Shown one piece after another: positions 56,479 through 64,000 of a stretch of 64,000 bases of DNA; position 1 is the stretch's first letter, and every line of letters starts with the position of its first letter. Source of the DNA: a virus; IMG/VR virus record IMGVR_UViG_3300047552_001147, positions 30,507 through 94,506 of that record; one strand, given 5' to 3'. Made by a program: the position numbers and the translations under genes. The notes beneath the pieces are model-generated. The model ran no database searches. It saw only the letters and a program-made list of their open reading frames with translations, and was not told where the DNA came from.

Positions 56479-56791
56479 GCTGGAAATAAGGCTCCTTGCC
56501 TGATGTTACGAGGATTTGGTTGATGAGTTCTTGTTGATATGCTAGCGCTCTAGCGGCGTACTTGTTAGCGAATTCTTCGAAATTCTCCAACTTAGCGGGA
56601 CCGGTCAGCTCAAGAGCAATCTCGGCTGACGAGAACTTACCGTAGACCTCCGGTACTTTGAGGCCGATACGGAAGCTGACGGATTCTCCGGGGTTTGTCT
56701 CTTGGTCTGCCATAGGGATCTCCACTTGGTCGTGATAGACGACTTTTGACTCTTGTTGTAGGTGTCTTGTTAGCGTGATGGATGCAATCAT
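56459..56791 (-). CDS. hypothetical protein
   Basis: ATGA-coupled MIASITL. Confidence 0.65.
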   Translation of the reverse strand: MIASITLTRHLQQESKVVYHDQVEIPMADQETNPGESVSFRIGLKVPEVYGKFSSAEIALELTGPAKLENFEEFANKYAARALAYQQELINQILVTSGKEPYFQHGQKEE

Positions 56792-58194
56792 ATCTCTACC
56801 GTAGTGATCTCGCACCCGGCTGCGTTGTAGATTCTGCGTCTAGCGAACCACATGTATTTGAACATATTGACGTGCTGTAGGACAGGGTCGACGATGAGTG
56901 GATCCTTCTTATCGAAGAACTCACGCTCGATGCGGCCCTTAGCTTGCCGGACATCCGACTTAGGCGTCGCGAATATGGCCGTATCCTTGTGAGGAACGTC
57001 AAGTGCTTTATTGGCCACGCCAAATGTGCAGAACGTTAGTCGCCGGTCCATAGCAACGGCGCGGCGTACCTCGTCATCTTTGACCTGCACACCGAGGTAA
57101 ATACCGCAGTTGCTGTCGCCAAACCGCGACACGGCATCTTTGTGCAATGTCTTGAGATGTGCCCGGAGCTGTGAGAAAACCAGGATATGTCTTCCGGAAT
57201 TCAGCAGGTTCATGCAGCTGTCCAAGATCCACTTATTGTATTCTGGATCGTTGGCCAGAGCTGAAACCATTGCTGCGAGATTGATGCGTTCCTTACTGAG
57301 AGAAGACATCCAGCCGCAGTTAGGGAACTTGTCAAAAAGCGGACACTCGGTGCACTTAGCTCGCCAAGAACTCTTGCGATTCTTCCGGCACCAAAACATC
57401 TCGTAATCCTCTGACGCCATGTCTGGTAGGCAATCTAGGAACACACCACGAACCTTAGCGGTTCTGGCTTTTGCCTCCACATGAACAGTCTTATTCCCGA
57501 GAATGTCCTGGAACACCCACTCCAGCTTATCCTTGCGGTCCGGTGTGGCCGTAAGACCAATAGAGAACGCAAAGTCGATGTTCTTCATTGCCCCGCTGAA
57601 TATCGGAGCAGAGAACACGTGCGCCTCGTCAACAATGAGTAGGTCTGTGACGATAGGGTCTTCAGCCCAGTCCTGCCGCATCAGGGACTGGGCCATGATT
57701 ACCTTGATGTTTGCTGTTGATGCGTAGGCTTCCTCAATAGACTCGCCATCACCGCTAAAGATGACAGCGTCTTCTCCGAGGAATTGCTTGATACGCTCTA
57801 CCCACTGATCGGCGATATTCGCTTGATCGACCAGAACAATGGCACGCTTCACACCAAGCTGCTGCAGAATTGCTAGAGACATCACAGTCTTACCTGTGCC
57901 GCAGTCGGCTCTCAGCAGCATCCCGCCACTCTGGCAAAGGACAACTAGTGATTGCTGAACTGCGGTTGTTTGGTAAGGCTTTAGTTGGCCGGTGAACGAT
58001 CTGGCACCGGCCTCCCATCCTCTCTGTTGCACGCGATCCGCTGGCAGCGAGAATCTCGGGACGAGTCTGTCGCTGCCGACGTTGTGGGCTAGGCTGAATA
58101 CCTTCCCTTCAGGAGGCTTCGCTTCCAGTTTTGGAAGATAACCGTCATATCCGTCTGGTATCCTAACCAGCCCTCGTGCTTCTAATAGCTTCAT
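56788..58194 (-). CDS. superfamily 2 (DEAH) helicase
   Basis: YQ, CGTGKT, DEAH, TAT, LDVP, QAKGRIER. Confidence 0.9.
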   Translation of the reverse strand: MKLLEARGLVRIPDGYDGYLPKLEAKPPEGKVFSLAHNVGSDRLVPRFSLPADRVQQRGWEAGARSFTGQLKPYQTTAVQQSLVVLCQSGGMLLRADCGTGKTVMSLAILQQLGVKRAIVLVDQANIADQWVERIKQFLGEDAVIFSGDGESIEEAYASTANIKVIMAQSLMRQDWAEDPIVTDLLIVDEAHVFSAPIFSGAMKNIDFAFSIGLTATPDRKDKLEWVFQDILGNKTVHVEAKARTAKVRGVFLDCLPDMASEDYEMFWCRKNRKSSWRAKCTECPLFDKFPNCGWMSSLSKERINLAAMVSALANDPEYNKWILDSCMNLLNSGRHILVFSQLRAHLKTLHKDAVSRFGDSNCGIYLGVQVKDDEVRRAVAMDRRLTFCTFGVANKALDVPHKDTAIFATPKSDVRQAKGRIEREFFDKKDPLIVDPVLQHVNMFKYMWFARRRIYNAAGCEITTVEI

Positions 58195-58586
58195 ACGACA
58201 GCTTTCAACCACGGCTTATGGCTGATCAAGTTACCGAGGATGGATCGTGATTTCACCCATCCCCAGGAGTTCGCCGTATCTGTGGTGTCCACTGAGTGGT
58301 AGAACAGAATCATGTTCAGGTCAGCGTCGCTTTCGTATACAAACGCATCGATGAATCTGTCTACGGCGTCGGCTGGACGCTTACGACTGACCTCGATGGC
58401 TTTGGTTGGTTCAGATGTTCTGACGATCAGGATCTTATCGTCGCTAGGGATAACGCACAGCCGAGAACTGTATCCGACTGCTGTACCGGCGCACAATGCT
58501 TCCTTGATTGCAAGCTTCAATAGCAGCATCTCGGCATCCTTATCGTCTACCGGGCATGCGCGCACCTTTGTTCCAAAGTAGGTCAA
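58191..58586 (-). CDS. hypothetical protein
   Basis: Coupled ORF. Confidence 0.6.
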   Translation of the reverse strand: MTYFGTKVRACPVDDKDAEMLLLKLAIKEALCAGTAVGYSSRLCVIPSDDKILIVRTSEPTKAIEVSRKRPADAVDRFIDAFVYESDADLNMILFYHSVDTTDTANSWGWVKSRSILGNLISHKPWLKAVV

Positions 58587-58927
58587 GCGATATCCGATGG
58601 GTTAACGGTTGATACTCTGGAAGATACGTCCATCTTGCGGGATGTGACTAGATTGCACGCATAGATGTTCACCGTTTGCATATCTCGGTCTCTCAGTTTT
58701 TTGTACGCCCTGATCGCTCGTTTTCTAGCGTCAGCATACTTAGAAAATACCGCGATACGCTCCGGTTCTTCTACGCGACCTTCGTGGCCATGTGTTGTCG
58801 CGAAGCGGCACGGATGAAATGTGTCATCTGACATGAGCACGTTGTCTTCTACATTCCGCGTGTCTTTCATGACGACGACGTAATATGTGGTATCAGTGTC
58901 TACAGCTTCCTGGATTGTTATCATCAC
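58583..58927 (-). CDS. hypothetical protein
   Basis: Coupled to the polA stop. Confidence 0.65.
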   Translation of the reverse strand: MMITIQEAVDTDTTYYVVVMKDTRNVEDNVLMSDDTFHPCRFATTHGHEGRVEEPERIAVFSKYADARKRAIRAYKKLRDRDMQTVNIYACNLVTSRKMDVSSRVSTVNPSDIA

Positions 58928-61329
58928 TGTTTCTTCAGAAAAGGCCCGTTATCTGGGATTATTGTACGGCACCACTCCCGCTGTTCTTGGGTCAGGTGTG
59001 CGCAGGCGCTCTTATTGGTAATCTTGACAGTTTTGTCTTCCTGAAGATGCACCCACTCGGTCCAGTTATCCTTATCGAATGTTCTCGGAGATCCATTGAT
59101 TTCCGCATAGATTGTGCCGATTTCCGGAATTGACTCGTTTGAGTTATCCGACCACCGCTGACAGATGCGACCACTGGCAAGCAGGGGCACGTTAACCTCG
59201 AACCACGCATACTCCATGATGTATTTCAGCAGGATGCCAACCTCTTGAGAGTATCTCTTGGGGCAAGCAGTGACTAGCTCATCGTGGATCTGCAACAGGA
59301 TTCGAGTACCAGGATACTTACTTCCCACGTACTTGTCAATCACGTACATGCAAACTTTCAGCAGATCTGCGCACGATCCCTGGATCTTAGCGTTCAGTAT
59401 CTTCCCTCCAGCGACGCGCTCATCTAGGAAGTGTCGGCACCTTCCAGATATGGTCGTGAAGTTCCGAATGTTCTTGTACTTGAACGCTGTGGAGAGCTTA
59501 CGCATCAGAGTAAGAATGCCTCCGTACTGGCGGAAGAAGTCATCTCTGATTTTGGCTGCTCTCTCAACATCATATTCAGATGTCCCGGCTTTGAACATCT
59601 TGACCTGTCTTGCAAACTTCTCTTCTCTCATCCCATAGTTGAAACCGAAGTTGACATTTTTGGCCAGCTTGCGGGGGATTGCGAGCTTAGTCTGCGTGTT
59701 CAGGTGGATGTCGCCAGTGTAGAATTTGTTGCCGCCGTAGTTGACACACTGCTTATAGATCTTCAGCAGATTGAAGTCGCCAGTGAACTGAGCCATCATT
59801 CTGAGCTCAATCTGGCTTTGATCCACTATTATCAGATCATATCCTTCCGGAGCGAGTTCGTCCGGTGGCGGCGCGATGAACATCTGCCGCAGGCGCATGC
59901 CGAGCTTTTGGATACGCTCGTCGTAGTTAGAATCCTTCGCCCTAGACGGGATATTCTGCATGTTCGGATCAGAACTGGAGAATCGACCAGTATCTGTTCC
60001 GTTCGAGTTGAAGCTCGCATGCAGTTTACCATCACCGTTAACGGCTAGGTTTCGTCGTGTGCCTACAACGTACGTCTCATATAGCTTGGCTACCGCTCTG
60101 TAGTCGAGAATGGCCTGCCCCAGCGGGTGGTCCAATCGTTCAAGAACATCTCTATCTGACGATAGGTATTCCTGTACTATGATGTCTGGGAAAGGCTCCC
60201 CGACGTTTAGTACGATGCCGTTGAGCTTGCAATACTCTTCTCCGGCTGGTGTGAGTTTTGGCCACTTATTGCCGTCATCATCTACACGATGGATTGGCGG
60301 CACGCACCCTAGGGTGCTCCACAGCAGATCTGAAACCTGCTTTGGACTGTCAATGTTGAACTCACACTTAGCGATGTCGAAGACGTTGGCCTTGAACTCG
60401 TCAATCAGCGGCTCCATGAACGTCCCAAGCTCATCGAGCTTTTGGACGTCGATATTGATGCCGTAGATCTGCATTTTGATGGATATCGTCTTGACATCCA
60501 TCTCCAGCTTGATCCACTTCTTCTTGGTGGTTTTTAACGCCCGCTTAATCAGCCGGTTGTATAGCCGCAGCAGCCACTTGGCATCGTCACGGGAATACTC
60601 ACGAAACTCCCGCTCCGCAATCGGATACAGCATCGTGAGCCTTGTCTGGAGTTCTCCAGCTTTGGCTACCGACCAGGCCTTGTACTTCTCGCACTCTTCA
60701 GTGCCTAAAAGTCTGTTAGCCTCTTCCCGGAGTTCCTTCTTAACCAGCCCCTGACCCTCTTTGAGGATCTTACGGATAGCGTTCTTACCTAATACTGGAC
60801 TATCGAATTCTGGATACGGTCGGCGTTTAGCCCAATTCTCTGGGATAGTCTTCAGATCAGCTATCTGCGTCTGACATAACGCAATTGATTGGAGTGTCGG
60901 TGACGTCTTGGTTACCTCTTTATAGGTAACCATCTTGTGACCGAACTCGTCAAGCACGAGCTTCTTCAGATTGTGCAGCCGCTCTTCACAGATTAGCCAC
61001 GACAGTAGCGCGGTGTCAATCTTGTTGACCTTGATATCGTGAAAGTCTATCCAGCCGTTGTAGTGCAGGGCTTGACCGTCATACGGCCAGTAATGGATGA
61101 CGCAGGTTAGATCTTCCCGCCGCATCAGGTCCACCACGGGTGCGATGGTTTCTGGAGTGGCCCGAAAGCAGCCACTCACAGTTCCAGACGCCAATGAATA
61201 GTACGTAATCTTGGCTAGTCGAGGGTTCTTCGCATCCGATTCATCTGATGTTGTGGATTCTGCCTCAACGTCAAATGCGAATACCTTCGTCTCTTCGATT
61301 GCTCGAAGGATGTCAGGTAAGCTATCCAT
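58924..61329 (-). CDS. polA: family A DNA polymerase with 3'-5' exonuclease
   Basis: FDVE exo I; TGRFSSSDPNMQNIP; DQSQIELR; RKLAKNVNFGFNYG; QIHDE. Confidence 0.95.
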   Translation of the reverse strand: MDSLPDILRAIEETKVFAFDVEAESTTSDESDAKNPRLAKITYYSLASGTVSGCFRATPETIAPVVDLMRREDLTCVIHYWPYDGQALHYNGWIDFHDIKVNKIDTALLSWLICEERLHNLKKLVLDEFGHKMVTYKEVTKTSPTLQSIALCQTQIADLKTIPENWAKRRPYPEFDSPVLGKNAIRKILKEGQGLVKKELREEANRLLGTEECEKYKAWSVAKAGELQTRLTMLYPIAEREFREYSRDDAKWLLRLYNRLIKRALKTTKKKWIKLEMDVKTISIKMQIYGINIDVQKLDELGTFMEPLIDEFKANVFDIAKCEFNIDSPKQVSDLLWSTLGCVPPIHRVDDDGNKWPKLTPAGEEYCKLNGIVLNVGEPFPDIIVQEYLSSDRDVLERLDHPLGQAILDYRAVAKLYETYVVGTRRNLAVNGDGKLHASFNSNGTDTGRFSSSDPNMQNIPSRAKDSNYDERIQKLGMRLRQMFIAPPPDELAPEGYDLIIVDQSQIELRMMAQFTGDFNLLKIYKQCVNYGGNKFYTGDIHLNTQTKLAIPRKLAKNVNFGFNYGMREEKFARQVKMFKAGTSEYDVERAAKIRDDFFRQYGGILTLMRKLSTAFKYKNIRNFTTISGRCRHFLDERVAGGKILNAKIQGSCADLLKVCMYVIDKYVGSKYPGTRILLQIHDELVTACPKRYSQEVGILLKYIMEYAWFEVNVPLLASGRICQRWSDNSNESIPEIGTIYAEINGSPRTFDKDNWTEWVHLQEDKTVKITNKSACAHLTQEQREWCRTIIPDNGPFLKKQ

Positions 61330-61334
61330 GTAGC

Positions 61335-61553
61335 TTACTTGAGGGTCAGAATTACTGACATCTCGCGGAAGGGTTTATCGTCCGCGTTAACAAGATCATA
61401 GGGAAGCAGACGTTGTGTTTTCGAGTGCGTGTACGCCACATCGAATTCAGTGATCTGGCGGAGAGTTTCCTCTCCGGCCAGTTTCACATACACAGGAAAG
61501 TGAGGCTTGATGATCTTAGACGTCAGTTCCTCGACGAGTTCTTCGGCGTTCAT
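61335..61553 (-). CDS. hypothetical protein
   Basis: TAATG coupling. Confidence 0.65.
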   Translation of the reverse strand: MNAEELVEELTSKIIKPHFPVYVKLAGEETLRQITEFDVAYTHSKTQRLLPYDLVNADDKPFREMSVILTLK

Positions 61554-62551
61554 TACTCCGCGTCCTCCGTGACGTCGTTATCGTCACCTTCGAGCGGATT
61601 GCCGACCATGATCTCGTCCAGATCTTCCAGACCAGTCTTCTTCGTATCACTCAAGACTTTGATACCCAGGCCAATCTTGGGAGCCGTGTTAACCGGCGCT
61701 GCCGTGGTCGGAGCAGCCGGCGCTGCCGTTGTTGATGCACCACACACCGCCACAATACCATCCTCTTCATAGGTCAGGATAGGGTTCTTCTGTTGAGAAC
61801 CATCGTTGAACTTGTCGCTGATGCGTCTATGCGTGCGCAGAACGTTGACGACTTCCGAGTCTTCCAGGATAGGATAGCCAGCATCGAAGTCGATCGCGTT
61901 TGCGGCGATCATCATATCCTCATCAATATCAGTGGCGGCAAAGTGTTCCTTGTATGTCCACGAGTCGCCAATCTTGACCGACTTCTCGCTGCCAGAACGT
62001 GACACCGAGAATGCGCCATAGCACACGCTCTTGCCGCTGACTTCTGACGTTGCTGCCAACTGCTGAATCACGTTGCTATTGCTGGGGATGACGATCGATC
62101 TGACTGCCCAAGGAATGTCGCGCCCATCCTTAGTCTTGAACGGCGTGAGGTCCACGATCTTGGCGACAGCCACCAGCTTCGGCCCACGACCTAACGCCTT
62201 TGCGAACAAGCACTTACGACCAGAGCGGATCTGCTCGCCGTCCGGTGAGATACCGATGAGATCCGTTGAACGGAACGATTCGATAACCGGGTAGCGGCCC
62301 TTCGGACCCTTCTTCTCGCCAATAGCGACATCGAAGACAGGGATCCAGGTGACGTCAGTCAGAAAGACGATCGTAGTCGTCTTGTTATTCGGCAGTCTGA
62401 ACGGGAGGCCACCACGGGCCTTCCACATGTTCGAGATCAACTGATTGCCCGTATTGGGCTGCTTCACCAGTTCAGAGTCCTTCAGGACAGTGAACGCTCT
62501 CAAATTGCCTACAGCGGTCTTGTTCGTGTGTACTTTGTCTGCTAGTCCCAT
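61553..62551 (-). CDS. putative single-stranded DNA-binding protein
   Basis: Between primase and polA; acidic C-terminal tail; flexible AP linker. Confidence 0.55.
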   Translation of the reverse strand: MGLADKVHTNKTAVGNLRAFTVLKDSELVKQPNTGNQLISNMWKARGGLPFRLPNNKTTTIVFLTDVTWIPVFDVAIGEKKGPKGRYPVIESFRSTDLIGISPDGEQIRSGRKCLFAKALGRGPKLVAVAKIVDLTPFKTKDGRDIPWAVRSIVIPSNSNVIQQLAATSEVSGKSVCYGAFSVSRSGSEKSVKIGDSWTYKEHFAATDIDEDMMIAANAIDFDAGYPILEDSEVVNVLRTHRRISDKFNDGSQQKNPILTYEEDGIVAVCGASTTAAPAAPTTAAPVNTAPKIGLGIKVLSDTKKTGLEDLDEIMVGNPLEGDDNDVTEDAE

Positions 62552-63543
62552 TTTTGTTTTTCCAGTAAGAAGTGTTGGAGGTCGAGTTTTGATAGATATT
62601 TTGGATCGACTTCCGGGGTTCTGACAATATGCTGAATTCCGTATCTAGTCAAGGTTTTCTTTATGACCTCAGCAGCGTTTTTCGCTGGCTGATCTGGGTC
62701 TAAGAGAAGGATAACATATCGAGCGTTTGCTGCTTGGAGTTTTAGGACTTTTTTCTCTTGCAGTCCTAAACCCATTAGTGCCAACGACCTATAGCCTTCC
62801 TGAACCACGTGCATTGCGTCGAGAGGACCTTCGACGATAAAAATGGGCTGGTCTTTTCGCAGATCCATCATCTGCTCTGCGAAGAAGAACCCTATGCCTT
62901 TGAATGGGAGCAGCGCAAAGTACTTCGGCCCCTTCTTCTCGCTGTCAACCGATCTCGCCTGAGCTCCGACGCACTTAAAAGAACCATCGGGCATTTTGGA
63001 GAAGACGGGGAAGATGATCAGATCGTCTCTAGTTCGCAACTCCGAGCCGTCTGGCATGTCGATCGTTGTACCTTCGGGAGCATAGGCGCACTTGAACGCT
63101 GTAGCCGTCTTTACGTCAACTCCCTTAGCGTTAAGGAACTCGATCGCTTTTTCGGACCACGGATTCAGGTACAATTCAGATATGATAGAAGTGTAGTCTG
63201 TGACAGGAATATTGGTTTCTGATTTGATCATATTGATTGGTCGTATATCCCGAGCGTTCTCAATTCTCTGCGCTTCGAGGGCCAGAGCAGCGTAACCACC
63301 GAGTTCTGTGTTGAGTTCTAAGAGCATGTTAACCAGGGGTTTCTTGTATCCACAACTCCAGCAGTGGACGAAGGAGAGACCGTCTGAAATACTAACTGTC
63401 ATCGAAGGATGTGAATCAGTTCCGCTCTTGTGTCTGAGCGCGGCCACGGCACAAGGTATGGCTAAAAAACCACTGCCACTGCTGCCCACTTTCTCGACAT
63501 CCGGTAGTTGGCTAAGAATTGATCTCAAAGCCTCTTCCTGCAT
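62542..63543 (-). CDS. DNA primase (Zn-binding domain plus TOPRIM)
   Basis: C...H...DSHPS...HCWSC; IVEGPLDA; LLDPD; ATG 63543 after AAAGGAAG. Confidence 0.85.
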   Translation of the reverse strand: MQEEALRSILSQLPDVEKVGSSGSGFLAIPCAVAALRHKSGTDSHPSMTVSISDGLSFVHCWSCGYKKPLVNMLLELNTELGGYAALALEAQRIENARDIRPINMIKSETNIPVTDYTSIISELYLNPWSEKAIEFLNAKGVDVKTATAFKCAYAPEGTTIDMPDGSELRTRDDLIIFPVFSKMPDGSFKCVGAQARSVDSEKKGPKYFALLPFKGIGFFFAEQMMDLRKDQPIFIVEGPLDAMHVVQEGYRSLALMGLGLQEKKVLKLQAANARYVILLLDPDQPAKNAAEVIKKTLTRYGIQHIVRTPEVDPKYLSKLDLQHFLLEKQKWD

Positions 63544-63560
63544 GACACTTCCTTTCACCT

Positions 63561-63570
63561 GTCTTATGAC
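63561..63570 (-). promoter_or_regulatory. putative phage promoter motif GTCATAAGAC
   Basis: Intergenic copy heading the replication operon. Confidence 0.7.
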
Positions 63571-63585
63571 AATTTCAGGGCAATA

Positions 63586-64000
63586 ATGGCGAGACCTATT
63601 AACCGTCGGGGGCGGCCTATCCCCCAGCGCAAGGCCAGCGATGTCTATGATGGCACGATGTCGGCTGAAGACAAGCTGCGGCTAGACGGTCTTTGGGAAA
63701 ATTCGCTGACATCTCCTCCAGCTGGACCAGCCGCTAGCGACGATTCGCCGGCGGTTCTCACTATTGGGCTTCCTGGAGGCTCTGGTGACGACGACCGGTA
63801 CTCTCGCGCTGATCACGCACACGAAGTTGTCCACGGGGATCTAGAGGGCGGAACGCTACACGATGTAGCCACAACGGGCACCGCTGGCTTCATGAGCAGC
63901 CAGGATAAGACCCGGCTGGATACGTTGTGGAGCAACCCACCGAGCAGTGGAACTGGGTTTAACCCGTATGTCTGGCATGAGTCGCCATCAGGAACACTTG
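63586..64000 (+). CDS. 3'-truncated tail-fibre-like protein (not in ORF track)
   Basis: Open to the window end; two G.MS..DK.RLD.LW.N repeats and RADHAH, motifs typical of fibre proteins. Confidence 0.65.
   Translation, partial: MARPINRRGRPIPQRKASDVYDGTMSAEDKLRLDGLWENSLTSPPAGPAASDDSPAVLTIGLPGGSGDDDRYSRADHAHEVVHGDLEGGTLHDVATTGTAGFMSSQDKTRLDTLWSNPPSSGTGFNPYVWHESPSGTL

Noticed and set aside
58212-58223. GCCATAAGCC near the helicase start as a fifth promoter copy
   Set aside because: Two mismatches to the consensus and inside coding sequence; compatible with chance
1-64000. Stop-codon reassignment, tRNAs, introns or inteins, integrase
   Set aside because: Core genes are uninterrupted in the standard code and all three stop codons end genes; no tRNA, intein or integrase motifs were recognised by eye (tRNAscan/Infernal not run)

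Overview
The whole window is part of a large, probably lytic, contractile-tailed (myovirus-like) phage genome, not host chromosome. Rightward (+) blocks carry morphogenesis genes: portal (2212-4176); a single-chain fused beta-beta' multisubunit RNA polymerase of 2029 aa followed by baseplate spike, PAAR and terminase genes (10.1-23.0 kb); and prohead protease, scaffold-like proteins, major capsid, neck, sheath and tube genes (32.0-46.6 kb). Leftward (-) blocks carry two dense clusters of small accessory genes (4.4-10.1 kb and 23.0-31.8 kb, the latter with a Prs-like/NAMPT-like pair matching the NARP1 NAD+ reconstitution anti-defence pathway) and a replication/recombination/transcription module (46.7-63.5 kb: primase, SSB, PolA, SF2 helicase, RecA, resolvases, Cas4-like nuclease, dTMP kinase, sigma70 factor). 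The most interesting signals are: (1) a self-contained phage transcription system, made of the fused minimal RNAP, a phage sigma and a 10-bp motif G(G/T)CATAAGAC found at the head of all four leftward transcription units; (2) a K-x-A motif strongly enriched in the protease and candidate inner-head proteins but absent from the capsid protein, a candidate maturation-cleavage or head-targeting signal. All calls come from motif recognition by eye; no database searches were run.
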